DNA of 64,000 nucleotides from the IMG/VR virus record IMGVR_UViG_2565956614_000003. One strand, written 5' to 3'. The stretch comes from a virus. Its lineage: Duplodnaviria > Heunggongvirae > Uroviricota > Caudoviricetes. Positions 9,647 to 22,463 of this stretch are shown here, in pieces. Position 1 is the first letter of the stretch, and each line of letters opens with the position of its first letter. The notes under the pieces are model-generated. The model saw nothing but the letters and a program-made list of their open reading frames with translations, was not told the origin of the DNA and did no database searches. A program made the translations under genes and the position numbers.

Positions 9647-10324
9647 TCACTCCACTACAAACCAGTCACATGCCAGTAAGTCGCCTACAGAAGGAACCCA
9701 CGGAACAACTACACCTTGTGCATTTTTTAAGGCGAAATAAGCACCATACGGAACGAGGTCGCCGGGGAAATATCCCTTAATGGCTTCCATTCGTGCCGGG
9801 TACTGTCCTTCAGGAACCAGCCAGCAGAATTGGTTTTCGCCGTTCCACCCGCGTCGAGCAACTTTCTTGCCATCCTTCAGCCACATCAGCGCGTCAGAAA
9901 AGTCGGCTGCTTCAAGGTCGATTTCTTCTTGTAGAGTAGCGATACCGCCAGCAGAAATAGTTACGTCCCTGGCTGTAATGAATGTCACCCCATTGTGACC
10001 TTCAATGCTGAGCGATACCCCATTTTCGAAGAAGTCGTTAGTCCGACTAAAGCCTTCTTCAAATGTTTTTTCTGGTGAATAGGACAGAGATCCGTCCTCA
10101 TAAGCGACCAGATATCCGCCAATTTCTGGTCGGTGTTTTTGCAAAAATATTTTATCAACATGGACTTTTACCCCTTCTGGCTCAACGACTTCGATGTTGC
10201 AAAAAAGGACCACATCCATTAGGGCGATAATTTCGATATCTTTGATTTTTGAGGCGCGAACTGTTTTATGGCTTTTGTATTTTGGAAGTGCCGTCAAAAG
10301 CTCTTTCGTTGTCATGTTATTCAT
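9647..10324 (-). CDS. Hypothetical protein with C-terminal DUF2829 (Tad2-like) domain; probable start MNNMTT at 10324 (longest ORF extends to 10492)
   Basis: C-terminal FSDALMWLKDGKKVARRGWNG...DLLACDWFVVE resembles DUF2829 signature; strong RBS gaggaaag before ATG at 10324. Confidence 0.5.
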   Translation of the reverse strand: MNNMTTKELLTALPKYKSHKTVRASKIKDIEIIALMDVVLFCNIEVVEPEGVKVHVDKIFLQKHRPEIGGYLVAYEDGSLSYSPEKTFEEGFSRTNDFFENGVSLSIEGHNGVTFITARDVTISAGGIATLQEEIDLEAADFSDALMWLKDGKKVARRGWNGENQFCWLVPEGQYPARMEAIKGYFPGDLVPYGAYFALKNAQGVVVPWVPSVGDLLACDWFVVE

Positions 10325-10521
10325 AGTCTTTCCTCTGCTTAAAACCTGATGTATTGCGCCTTCAGGTGGGGCAGGAATGTTTTCCCACCAGCGAACGCAA
10401 TATCTCGGGGTGTTCTTTTCGTGAAAAGCGTGTGCCATTGCCAACTTTGGCGTTTGTTTGCGAGTTCGTGCTTTTGTCGGCGTCTGGACCACCGCTTTTC
10501 TTTCAGTCGTTTTTTACACAT

Positions 10522-11010
10522 TCAAAACGGAATATCGTCGTCAAAGTCCATTGGAGGTTCGTTATTGGCGCTGCTCTGAGGTTTGCCGCCACCGCTGTAT
10601 TGCTGGTGGTTTTGAGGTTGGTTTGACTGCCCCCAGCCATTTGAGGACTGTGAATCGTCGCGGCGAGTGCCGATCATTTGCATGGTGCCGCCCTGGCTGA
10701 CGATAATTTCCGTCGTGTAACGTTCTACACCGGCGTCATCAGTCCACTTACGGGTTTTAAGTTTCCCTTCGATGTAGACCTGAGAACCTTTTCGTAAATA
10801 CTCACTCGCAATTTCAGCAAGTTTTCCGAACAAAACGACTTTATGCCATTCTGTTTGCTCTTTCTGTTGGCCCGTTTGCTTATCGCGCCATGATTCATTC
10901 GTTGCGATGCTGAGTCTTCCGACTGCGCCGCCATTTGGTATATACCTGATCTCCGGGTCTTGCCCCAGGGTACCAATCAGGATGACTTTGTTTACACCGC
11001 GTTGTGCCAC
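10522..11010 (-). CDS. ssb: Single-stranded DNA-binding protein
   Basis: 162 aa; OB-fold N-terminus close to E. coli SSB, Gly/Gln-rich linker, acidic C-terminal tail DFDDDIPF. Confidence 0.92.
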   Translation of the reverse strand: MAQRGVNKVILIGTLGQDPEIRYIPNGGAVGRLSIATNESWRDKQTGQQKEQTEWHKVVLFGKLAEIASEYLRKGSQVYIEGKLKTRKWTDDAGVERYTTEIIVSQGGTMQMIGTRRDDSQSSNGWGQSNQPQNHQQYSGGGKPQSSANNEPPMDFDDDIPF

Positions 11011-11029
11011 TTTTCTTACCTAATAAAAT

Positions 11030-11046
11030 AAATTAATTAGAGCAAT
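11030..11046 (-). promoter_or_regulatory. C1 repressor operator-like site (16/17 match to ATTGCTCTAATAAATTT) upstream of ssb
   Basis: aaattaattagagcaat in ssb/lyz divergent region. Confidence 0.6.
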
Positions 11047-11070
11047 AATGTATATCTTTGAAACGTGGCT

Positions 11071-11092
11071 AACAAGTGATTTGCATTATCCT
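11071..11092 (+). promoter_or_regulatory. Late-promoter-like element (aacaagtga-N7-tatcct) upstream of lyz
   Basis: Same 9-mer/7-bp spacer/TANNNT architecture recurs upstream of prt, pacA, mat and the baseplate-like block. Confidence 0.4.
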
Positions 11093-11179
11093 GTGCCTTC
11101 TAAAGGGATCGAGTCAGTCGGTATTGGCTGTGAATGAGTGTTTGTCCTGGAGCGTAAAAAATTCGCTTATGAGGTCTTT

Positions 11180-11737
11180 ATGAAGGGAAAAACAGCCGCA
11201 GGAGGCGGTGCAATTTGCGCTATCGCGGTGATGATTACCATCGTGATGGGTAATGGCAATGTGCGAACCAACCAGGCGGGGCTTGAGCTGATTGGTAACG
11301 CTGAAGGTTGCCGACGTGATCCATACATGTGCCCGGCGGGGGTATGGACTGACGGGATCGGTAATACACACGGGGTAACGCCGGGTGTGCGAAAAACCGA
11401 CCAGCAAATCGCCGCTGATTGGGAAAAGAATATCCTGATCGCTGAACGCTGTATTAATCAGCACTTTCGGGGCAAAGACATGCCCGATAATGCCTTCAGT
11501 GCAATGACAAGCGCGGCATTCAATATGGGATGCAATAGCTTACGGACCTACTACAGCAAAGCGCGAGGCATGCGAGTCGAAACGTCCATCCACAAGTGGG
11601 CGCAGAAAGGGGAATGGGTAAATATGTGTAACCATCTCCCTGATTTTGTGAACAGTAACGGCGTGCCCCTGCGAGGTTTAAAGATTCGCCGTGAAAAAGA
11701 ACGCCAGCTTTGCCTGACGGGGCTGATCAATGAATAA
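11180..11737 (+). CDS. lyz: SAR endolysin (lysozyme)
   Basis: Start MKGKTAAGGGAICAIAVMITIVMG (signal-anchor-release N-terminus) with RBS gagg; lysozyme catalytic region; longest ORF starts 42 nt earlier at 11138. Confidence 0.85.
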   Translation: MKGKTAAGGGAICAIAVMITIVMGNGNVRTNQAGLELIGNAEGCRRDPYMCPAGVWTDGIGNTHGVTPGVRKTDQQIAADWEKNILIAERCINQHFRGKDMPDNAFSAMTSAAFNMGCNSLRTYYSKARGMRVETSIHKWAQKGEWVNMCNHLPDFVNSNGVPLRGLKIRREKERQLCLTGLINE

Positions 11738-11984
11738 ACTCCGGCAGCTCCGCCGACTTTCGACAATGAAGTTATCGCTGGCGGCGATAGTTTTCGACTC
11801 GATTTTCATGGCGGTATATGTGCTCAATGAGACGTGGCCACTGGAACCGCTATTGTATGCTGGGCTTCGACTGTGCCTGACATTTTTGAGCATGGCTGCA
11901 AGATTGATGCAGCAGAAAGAAACCGCTTCAGATTGTCCACGCCGCGCGGTGCGCAAATATATGGCACGCAGGCGAAGGCGATAA
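11730..11984 (+). CDS. Small hydrophobic/basic protein downstream of lyz (possible lysis accessory)
   Basis: 84 aa, one hydrophobic segment, Arg-rich C-terminus; overlaps lyz stop. Confidence 0.35.
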   Translation: MNKLRQLRRLSTMKLSLAAIVFDSIFMAVYVLNETWPLEPLLYAGLRLCLTFLSMAARLMQQKETASDCPRRAVRKYMARRRRR

Positions 11985-11993
11985 TAGTTAACG

Positions 11994-12025
11994 ATAACCC
12001 CGGCAGCCGCCGGGGTTATTTTTGG
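11994..12025. terminator. Rho-independent terminator (aaccccggc-agcc-gccggggttatttttt)
   Basis: 9-bp GC stem plus T-run between converging lyz unit and pro. Confidence 0.7.
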
Positions 12026-12028
12026 TGG

Positions 12029-14759
<2,731 letters not shown>

Positions 14760-14792
14760 TTAATTAGAATAATTCGCATCGTGTTTGAACGG

Positions 14793-14814
14793 AATTTAAC
14801 ACTAGTCACTTGTT
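14793..14814 (-). promoter_or_regulatory. Late-promoter-like element (aacaagtga-N7-taaatt) upstream of prt
   Basis: Exact 9-mer AACAAGTGA, 7-bp spacer, TANNNT hexamer. Confidence 0.4.
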
Positions 14815-14825
14815 AAGGATTACCA

Positions 14826-17800
14826 ATGAACAAGCTATCTATGGGTGTGTTTCGCTGTTCAAGTGTCAGCGAAATATTGAAATACATTAGGGCAATAACA
14901 TCTCACCGAGCGCCGATTAAATACGGCGTGGAAAAGGTGGAAGGCAAAAGCTATGACCGACTGCGCCGGGAGGCGAATCAGAAGGCGATAGATTTGCTTA
15001 ATTCGCTGGTGGACGGCGCGACACTGACAGATGAACAGCGCCAGATCCTGGCCGGGTACACTGGTGAAGGCGGCATTGGCGGGTCCGTCTCCGAATATTA
15101 CACACCAAAGCCTATCGCTGAAGGTGTCTGGGAGATCATGAAGCTCTACGGCGCGGACGTAGGTAACACTCTGGAACCATCGGCGGGAACCGGCGTTTTT
15201 AATGAGACAAAACCGGTTGGTACGGTGATGACCGCGACTGAGATCAGCAGTGTTTCCGGTCGTATAAACCAGTTGTTACACCCGGAAGACAGCGTACAGA
15301 TTTCCCCGTTCGAACAGCTGGCTATAAACACGCCTAACGATTCATTCGACCATGTTGTGGGTAACGTTCCGTTCGGCGGTCGTGATAACACACGCAACAT
15401 CGATAAGCCTTACGCAGAAGAAACGGACATGGGGGCTTACTTCATGCTCCGCATGCTGGACAAGATAAAACCTGGCGGATTCATGTGTGTGATTGTGCCG
15501 CCGTCCATTGTTTCAGGTTCAAACATGAAACGGTTACGCCTGCGCCTATCACGGAAAGCTGAATTTCTTGGTGCCCACCGCTTGCCTACCGGTACTTTTG
15601 ACGCAAACGGGACCAGTACAGTTGTTGATGTGGTGCTGATGCGCAAACATCCGGCAGAGATGGCTGAGAAAATCCCCCTGGTGGATGAAAGCACTCTCGA
15701 ATCGGCAAATGTGCTTTGGCCAACGTTTATTTCTGGCAAGTGGTTTGAAAAGGACGGCCGCCGGTTTGTTCATGGCACCCAGGAAAAGGGCTTCCAGGGG
15801 CGTATTGAGGTTCGTGCCGACGGTCAGATTGATAACCAGGCTCTTAAAGCGAAGCTGATTCATCGTTTCGAAAGCCGTATCGACTGGTCTTTGCTCGATA
15901 TGGCTGAACCGTCACCGACCGCAGACGTTGTTGGTGAAGGGGAAATGCGCCTGATTAATGGCGTATGGCAAAAATATGCTGGTGGTCGCTGGATTGAAGC
16001 TGATGCAGGGAAGGAACTTAAGATCGATGCTGCCAGTTATGGCGCGGATAGCTGGGAGGCTCTTCAGCGTAACCTGACTACAACAGAAGGCCGTCTCGGC
16101 ATGACATTTACCCAGATGGCAAATGTCCGCGATAAGTACACCACATCAATCAGCGACGATATGGTGCAGCTGGTGGACTGGATTAACAGCCAGCCTGAAA
16201 AATACCGTGAACGCTTGTATCGCGGGGCGATGATTGGCCGGATGTTAATTGAATATCAGGACATGAAGGCCGCCGGGCATAGTGCTGAACAAATCGAACA
16301 GCAGCGCCTTTCTCTGGTATCCCGTTTGCAGGCAGAGATTGACCGTTTTGGTAACCCCGGTCGCGGTCCGATAGCGAAATTATCGGGGAGCGGTGCGCGC
16401 GCCTGGTTTGCTTTCCGTGGTGCAATTAAGCTGGATGGCACTATTTCTGACGAGCTGACAGGAAAACTGGTTACGCATGATTCCAGCGCCAGTTATGACT
16501 CCACCAGCTATCAGGACACCCTGCGTTATCTCTACAGTGATCTCACTCGCGATCCAATCCAGCTCGATGATTTCCGCCTTGCGTTTACCGGCGAACTGCC
16601 AGCCAGTGATGACGAGTTGCTTAATTTATTGGCCAGCACCCCTGGCATTGCGGTTTCACCGTATGGCGGGATTGTTCCGTTCGCCCGCGCCACCAGCGGC
16701 GACATTAACGAGATAGTGGCTCCAAAACAGGAATTCCTCGCCACGCTCCCCGACGGTCCAGTAAAGAACAACGTCCTTAATCAGCTGGCAGCGATCGAAG
16801 AGAAGCGCATCAAGACGCCAGCAGAGAATATCCGCTTTAAGCTCAATAGCCGTTGGTTCGACCGTTCCGTCATTCTGGAGTTTTTGCAGGAAAACGGCTA
16901 TCCGGATCTGCGCTATGTGCAGTCAGTGCAGCTGGAAGGCGACGAAATGGTTTCTGACACCTATCACGGTGGTGATGGCCTGTTCGTCGGGCACCGATAC
17001 GGTGTCGTCCAGCGTAAGGATAAAGAAACAGGCGAGATCCGCTACGAGTGGGACCGTAAATCAGGTGAAAACGCGACCGGGTTCCCGGCACAGCTGGAAA
17101 AGTATCTCAATGGTGCGCGTATCGGTGGCAAAGATAGCGCGACGGCGAACGGCTACCGCGAGCAGATGGCACTGCTTGAGGACCAGTTCAATAAGTGGAT
17201 CAAGACGCACGATCGCTACGATGAGCTGGTTGCTAAATACAACGATGTGTTCAATAGCAATATCCCGTATGAACACTCTGGCGATCCGCTTGGGTTGAAG
17301 GGATTAAGCGGTAAGCGCCAGCCATTTGATTACCAGAATAGCGAGGTGCGCCGACTGTCCGAAGATGGGCGCGGCATCCTGGGCTTCGGCACCGGGCTGG
17401 GTAAAACCACGACCGCGCTGGCGCTTGAGGCGTTCAACTATGAGAACGGTCGCTCCACCCGTACTGCGTATGTAGTGCCTAAATCAGTGCTGGAAAACTG
17501 GTATTACGAAGCAAAAGAATTCCTGAGTGAAGAGGCATTCAGTAACTACCTGTTCGTCGGTCTTGATGTGCTGATGGATGGCGATCAGATTCGCCAGGTG
17601 CCGGTGCTCGATGAGAACGGTAAACCTGTCGTTGGTGCAGATGGCACTCCCGTTATGCGCGATGCCCTTAAACTGGCAGATGAAGCCACTATCACGGCGC
17701 GGATGAACGCGATCCCGCACTCAAACTACCGTGCAGTCGTGTTTACCAAAGAACAATACGCCCGCATTCCGCTACGTGATGACACCGTAGATGAGCATGC

Positions 17801-20800
17801 ACAAGACATGCTTTATGACTTCGTTGCTGCCGGGCGTGTGGCCAGCGCAATGGACTCCGATTCCCATCGCAAAGAGGCGGCGCGTCGCCGGGTATTGTCG
17901 GAGTATTCAGATACCGGTACCGAAAAAGCAGAGAAGTATCCGTACTTTGAGGATATGGGCTTCGACAGCGTGATTGCTGACGAAGGCCACAACTACCGCA
18001 ATAGCTATAAAAATGGTCGCGAAGCGTCACAGCTGGCCTATCTGCCCACCAGCGCGGTGGCGCAATCGGCGCGAGATATGGCAATCAAAAACGCGTACCT
18101 GATGAAAAAGAATGGTGGGCGTGGACCGGTTCTCCTGACTGCAACGCCAGTCGTTAACACCCCGATCGATGCATACAACATGCTTTCTCATGTTCTGCCG
18201 AAGGAATACTGGCAGAAGATGGGGATCTACGGTCCTGATGACTTCGTTAAATTCTTCGGCAAGACCAGGCTGGAAACGGTACAGAAAATCAGCGGTGAAG
18301 TTGAAGAAAAAATGGCGCTGGTGGGCTTTGAAAACCTTGATGCGCTGCGCGGTATATTCCATCGCTGGGTAACGCTTAAAACGGCGGAAGACGTTAAGGA
18401 TACCGTGGAGATCCCGGAACTGGACGAACACCAGCAGGATGCACCACTTACTGAAGAACAACTGGCGGCGTATGAAGAATTGCGTCAGCAGGCGGAAGCG
18501 GCGGCCAAAGCCAACAATGGCGTAACGACCTCGGTCAATGAAGACGGCGTGATTGAGCACGAGAAGGCCCGTCCGATCTTCTCAATAATCAGGGATATGG
18601 ACCGCGTATGTACTGACATGGACCTGTACTATCGCCGGATCACCTATCGTTTCCTGCCGGAGTACGCCGATGCGGTGCAGCAGCTGGCGGACAGTTTGCC
18701 TAAACAAGCCACCAGCGAAGACGACGACAGTGATGATTCAATCACGCAGCAATCGCAATACTCCCTGATAGATAAGGGCGAGTTTATTCAGTTGCAGGTT
18801 CCGGAAGCGTTCGAGCGGGAAGTGAATAAGCGCCTGGCCAGGTTTGGCATTGACGAACAGACCGTAACTCACCCCGTTACGCCCAAATACGCGAAGCTGA
18901 TTGCCACGCTGAAGGAGTTTTTCCCGGAAGGTAAGCAAATCATCTTCACCGATGAAAAAACGCAGCACCAGAAGCTCAAGCGCATTATCTGCAATGCTCT
19001 TAACCTTGAACCTTCAAAGGTGGGGATGCTGAATGCTCAGACGGTTGCCGAGGCAGGTAAAACCGGTAAGAAACTGAAAGCGGTTAAACCGCCGAAAGAG
19101 TTACCGGATGAACCAACAGATGCACAGATAGCGAAATACAACGAGCAAATGGCTCTGTATGACGCCTATATCGCGCAGCAAAATGAAATGTCGTTGGGCG
19201 GTCTGGAAAAGATTGCAGCCGACTTCCAGGAGGGCCGGACTCCGATCATCATCTGCAACAAAAAGGCAGAGGTGGGTATCAACCTGCATCGAGGAACGAC
19301 TGACATCCATCATCTGACGTTGCCATGGACTCCAGCCAGTATTGCGCAACGAAACGGTCGCGGTGCCCGAGTTGGCTCCAACCGTGCAAGCGTTCGCGTT
19401 CACTACTACTGCGGCAAGGGTTCTTTCGATGAATACCGACTGAAGACGCTGAAGCGTAAAGCAGGCTGGATCTCCGATATCCTCCGTTCAGATAAGTCAG
19501 AAATGGAGAACGCCGACGCCAACGATATGATCGAAATGCAGATGTATACCGCTAAGGATGATGGCGAACGTCTGGCAATGATGCAGGTTCAAATGGATAA
19601 GGCGAAAGCCGCGCAACGCGCTCGCCAGAAAGAACAGGCTACTATCGACCTTCAGAACTACATCAAGGCGCAGCACGCAGCTGGTGAGGATGTGGAGGTG
19701 CTTACCGCTGAATTAGAGCGAAGCAAAGCGGAACTTGAAAAGACCACCGCCGACGTCGCCAAATTCAAACAGGCGGTAATGGCCAAAGCAGCTGATAACG
19801 CAGACTGGAAAGCCCGCTGGGGTAGCGTCCATCACACAGACCGTACGTTGTTAGCACAGTATCGCGCGTCGTTGAAAAGCGCCATTCAGCGCAAGGCTAA
19901 TATCTCTCAAGCCATCTCCCGCTATGAGAAATTATTGAACCGTACTCAGAAGGCCGCGACGGATATCAAACGCCTTCGCCCGCTGGTGGAGGATGCAATA
20001 AATAAAGGCATTCTGGATGTTGATCCTGACCTGGTTAACCATGCGAGTGAGTTCCTTATTATCGGCGATCGCTCATGGCGTGTAGGCCAATACTACGATT
20101 GTGCCGGTGATATCGTTCGCATTAAGTCGCTGGACTTCGACAGCCAGCGCGCAGACGTGGAGATTATCTTTACCTTCAAAGGTACCAAATCGGGTAACTG
20201 GGATGTGAAGACGCTGGATAAACAGGTTGATGTAACTCCCGATGAAGATGCTGTTATGCAGAAAATCAGTGGTGGCGTCTCCATCGCCGGGATTAACGAC
20301 ATCATTTCCTGTGACGATTTCTACCGTTTCCAGCAGCGCGGCATGATCAAAATCACTGACTCATACGGCGTTCAGACTACAGAGTCAGGCTATAGCATTG
20401 ATTTTGTTGGTACCTATACGGATCCACTGAAGCATGCGGTTTACCCGGATCGCCATGACGGCGCGCTGAAGTCGTCAATTGCAAAATGGGTGCTTGGTAT
20501 GATGTCGGAAGGGAATAACCGCCAGATCCGTTCGGCAGAAACATTCCTGGTTGAACTGTTTGGCTCCAATTATGGCGATGTAATCGCGTCATACGGAGAT
20601 ACGCTATCCCCTGAAGCAATTCAGGAGAAAATAGCGGATGCGATCGCCAGAATGCCGGAAAAAACAAGCCAGGGGGCTACTCGTAACGGGGATTCTGAAC
20701 TTGAAGTCACCAATGCCATTTTCGGTACCAATGAGTTCCGGGCGTCAGATTATGAGATCACCACAGCACAGTTTGGCACCATTGGCATTTACAGCAATAA

Positions 20801-21593
20801 AGACGAGATCAAGCAGGCAATGGACGCAGCAAACGCGCGCATCGCAGCAGAACGGGAAGCCAATCTGAATCATGCAGTCGCCGCACTGACTCAATCGTGG
20901 GTAACAGCAATCAGGGAGGCCGCCACCACAGGGAAAATCACACCTGCAATTGCGGATGTCGTAAACGACGGCTCTAAATTTATGGATGCCTATCAAATGG
21001 ATGCGGTGCAGTTGCCATCAGCCTATGGCCAACTCAGCTATCGCATGACCTACAACCTGGTATCAATGTTTTCCGACCTTGCCATCCTTGGGCTGGTGGA
21101 TCTTAACGAGGTTACGCCGGAATTGCTCAGCATGCGCAAGAATCATGTGGAGATATTGCAGAGAATTAACACGGTTCTTGCCGGGCGCACCGATGAAGAG
21201 AAACAGGCCGACGCTGATCGGATAAACCTGGCCCTTGGCAACATCACGGAGGAAGAAATTGCCGCCAGAAACGAGAAACAAGAAGAGTTATCATCAATAC
21301 AGGGTGATGCCACCAGCATAGCTCAGTCTCTTGGTCTGAATTATCACGTATCCACCGCCGACCTGAAGATGATGTACGCACCAAAATTCGCCGCTGGCGA
21401 GGTATTTGGGCTTCAGGAAGCCTCAGGCATGAAAGGCGTTCTTTTCCGTGCGAAAGACGCAATCAAGGCGAAATTCGGCGCTCGCTGGTTGCCAGCGAAG
21501 GCGAAGAACAGCGACTTCCCAGGTAACTGGTGGATTATCGAGACAAAACACAACGTGGCGGACGTTCTGGCCGTCATCCAACAATACGCATAA
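14826..21593 (+). CDS. darB: DarB, giant methyltransferase-helicase anti-restriction protein
   Basis: 2255 aa; N-terminal N6A-MTase-like motifs (VVGNVPFGG), central helicase motifs (GTGLGKTTTA, ADEGHNYRN); size matches P1 DarB. Confidence 0.9.
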   Translation: MNKLSMGVFRCSSVSEILKYIRAITSHRAPIKYGVEKVEGKSYDRLRREANQKAIDLLNSLVDGATLTDEQRQILAGYTGEGGIGGSVSEYYTPKPIAEGVWEIMKLYGADVGNTLEPSAGTGVFNETKPVGTVMTATEISSVSGRINQLLHPEDSVQISPFEQLAINTPNDSFDHVVGNVPFGGRDNTRNIDKPYAEETDMGAYFMLRMLDKIKPGGFMCVIVPPSIVSGSNMKRLRLRLSRKAEFLGAHRLPTGTFDANGTSTVVDVVLMRKHPAEMAEKIPLVDESTLESANVLWPTFISGKWFEKDGRRFVHGTQEKGFQGRIEVRADGQIDNQALKAKLIHRFESRIDWSLLDMAEPSPTADVVGEGEMRLINGVWQKYAGGRWIEADAGKELKIDAASYGADSWEALQRNLTTTEGRLGMTFTQMANVRDKYTTSISDDMVQLVDWINSQPEKYRERLYRGAMIGRMLIEYQDMKAAGHSAEQIEQQRLSLVSRLQAEIDRFGNPGRGPIAKLSGSGARAWFAFRGAIKLDGTISDELTGKLVTHDSSASYDSTSYQDTLRYLYSDLTRDPIQLDDFRLAFTGELPASDDELLNLLASTPGIAVSPYGGIVPFARATSGDINEIVAPKQEFLATLPDGPVKNNVLNQLAAIEEKRIKTPAENIRFKLNSRWFDRSVILEFLQENGYPDLRYVQSVQLEGDEMVSDTYHGGDGLFVGHRYGVVQRKDKETGEIRYEWDRKSGENATGFPAQLEKYLNGARIGGKDSATANGYREQMALLEDQFNKWIKTHDRYDELVAKYNDVFNSNIPYEHSGDPLGLKGLSGKRQPFDYQNSEVRRLSEDGRGILGFGTGLGKTTTALALEAFNYENGRSTRTAYVVPKSVLENWYYEAKEFLSEEAFSNYLFVGLDVLMDGDQIRQVPVLDENGKPVVGADGTPVMRDALKLADEATITARMNAIPHSNYRAVVFTKEQYARIPLRDDTVDEHAQDMLYDFVAAGRVASAMDSDSHRKEAARRRVLSEYSDTGTEKAEKYPYFEDMGFDSVIADEGHNYRNSYKNGREASQLAYLPTSAVAQSARDMAIKNAYLMKKNGGRGPVLLTATPVVNTPIDAYNMLSHVLPKEYWQKMGIYGPDDFVKFFGKTRLETVQKISGEVEEKMALVGFENLDALRGIFHRWVTLKTAEDVKDTVEIPELDEHQQDAPLTEEQLAAYEELRQQAEAAAKANNGVTTSVNEDGVIEHEKARPIFSIIRDMDRVCTDMDLYYRRITYRFLPEYADAVQQLADSLPKQATSEDDDSDDSITQQSQYSLIDKGEFIQLQVPEAFEREVNKRLARFGIDEQTVTHPVTPKYAKLIATLKEFFPEGKQIIFTDEKTQHQKLKRIICNALNLEPSKVGMLNAQTVAEAGKTGKKLKAVKPPKELPDEPTDAQIAKYNEQMALYDAYIAQQNEMSLGGLEKIAADFQEGRTPIIICNKKAEVGINLHRGTTDIHHLTLPWTPASIAQRNGRGARVGSNRASVRVHYYCGKGSFDEYRLKTLKRKAGWISDILRSDKSEMENADANDMIEMQMYTAKDDGERLAMMQVQMDKAKAAQRARQKEQATIDLQNYIKAQHAAGEDVEVLTAELERSKAELEKTTADVAKFKQAVMAKAADNADWKARWGSVHHTDRTLLAQYRASLKSAIQRKANISQAISRYEKLLNRTQKAATDIKRLRPLVEDAINKGILDVDPDLVNHASEFLIIGDRSWRVGQYYDCAGDIVRIKSLDFDSQRADVEIIFTFKGTKSGNWDVKTLDKQVDVTPDEDAVMQKISGGVSIAGINDIISCDDFYRFQQRGMIKITDSYGVQTTESGYSIDFVGTYTDPLKHAVYPDRHDGALKSSIAKWVLGMMSEGNNRQIRSAETFLVELFGSNYGDVIASYGDTLSPEAIQEKIADAIARMPEKTSQGATRNGDSELEVTNAIFGTNEFRASDYEITTAQFGTIGIYSNKDEIKQAMDAANARIAAEREANLNHAVAALTQSWVTAIREAATTGKITPAIADVVNDGSKFMDAYQMDAVQLPSAYGQLSYRMTYNLVSMFSDLAILGLVDLNEVTPELLSMRKNHVEILQRINTVLAGRTDEEKQADADRINLALGNITEEEIAARNEKQEELSSIQGDATSIAQSLGLNYHVSTADLKMMYAPKFAAGEVFGLQEASGMKGVLFRAKDAIKAKFGARWLPAKAKNSDFPGNWWIIETKHNVADVLAVIQQYA

Positions 21594-21626
21594 CAGGAGC
21601 GCCCGGTTCGCCGGGCGTCGCATAAT

Positions 21627-22067
21627 ATGGCCACACTATCTGATACAATAAAACCGAATAAAACATATCTTGAGGCGGTACTCCGTACAGCGTTGTTAGG
21701 AAAGACAGAAGACGAATACGTTGATTTCTTCCTGTCAGGGCTACGCGGGCGATTACTGAAAAATCCCCGCCTGTACCGCAGCTATGGTCCATACTGGCCG
21801 GAAATTAAAAAATTATTACTGGAGCGCGGTTATGGTAATTTCGGTCGTCTCGTTGACCGTGACGTTCGCAAAATTTACCGTTATGACCGCCCGGCGCTAA
21901 CACTCATAGCCGCGACGCTCTACAGCCAGGAGCGTTTTGATAATGGTCAGATATACTCAGCCTGGCATTTACTGCCAGTGCCTGAAGAAGTTGACGACCA
22001 GGACTATGAGTTTGAGTCTTACGATTTGGAAGTTGAAGCCTTGGCACAGGCTGGAGAGAAAACTTGA
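21627..22067 (+). CDS. ulx: Ulx-like protein
   Basis: 146 aa directly upstream of and overlapping lxc; synteny with P1 darB-ulx-lxc. Confidence 0.55.
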   Translation: MATLSDTIKPNKTYLEAVLRTALLGKTEDEYVDFFLSGLRGRLLKNPRLYRSYGPYWPEIKKLLLERGYGNFGRLVDRDVRKIYRYDRPALTLIAATLYSQERFDNGQIYSAWHLLPVPEEVDDQDYEFESYDLEVEALAQAGEKT

Positions 22068-22312
22068 AAAAGCGATACTACACAGTAAAGCATGGGACGC
22101 TACGAGCATTACAAGAGTTTGCTGACAAGCATAACGTTGAGGTGCGCAGGGAAGGGGGAAGTAAAGCTCTGCGCATGTACCGTCCGGACGGGAAATGGCG
22201 TACGGTCGTCGATTTCAAAACTAACAGCGTTCCCCAGGGCGTCCGTGACCGGGCATTCGAAGAATGGGAGCAGATCATCATAGATAATGCATTGCTTCTC
22301 AATGCGGATTAA
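22064..22312 (+). CDS. lxc: Lxc (Bof) C1 co-repressor-like small protein
   Basis: 82 aa basic protein between ulx and mod; synteny. Confidence 0.55.
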   Translation: MKKRYYTVKHGTLRALQEFADKHNVEVRREGGSKALRMYRPDGKWRTVVDFKTNSVPQGVRDRAFEEWEQIIIDNALLLNAD

Positions 22313-22463
22313 ACTTCCCCAAATTATGGCTGTTTGCTCACCGAGCATCGCTCAAAGAAGCACGATTCTTCAAACATATAGATAGTGATAGTGCCACAAC
22401 TTCTGGCTCTAACGGGCTGGGGAGGCGGCGCTTTGTTGCTAAATGATCTGGTTTAAAATGGAT

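Noticed and set aside
11138-11179. 14-codon N-terminal extension of lyz in the longest ORF
   Set aside because: No RBS; downstream ATG at 11180 has a GAGG RBS and yields the expected SAR-endolysin N-terminus.
22313-22463. Expected IS1/isaA-type insertion between lxc and mod, and IS5 near ssb, as I recall for reference P1
   Set aside because: No transposase ORF or terminal inverted repeats seen at either place; this element appears IS-free in the window (relies on memory of the reference, so noted rather than claimed).
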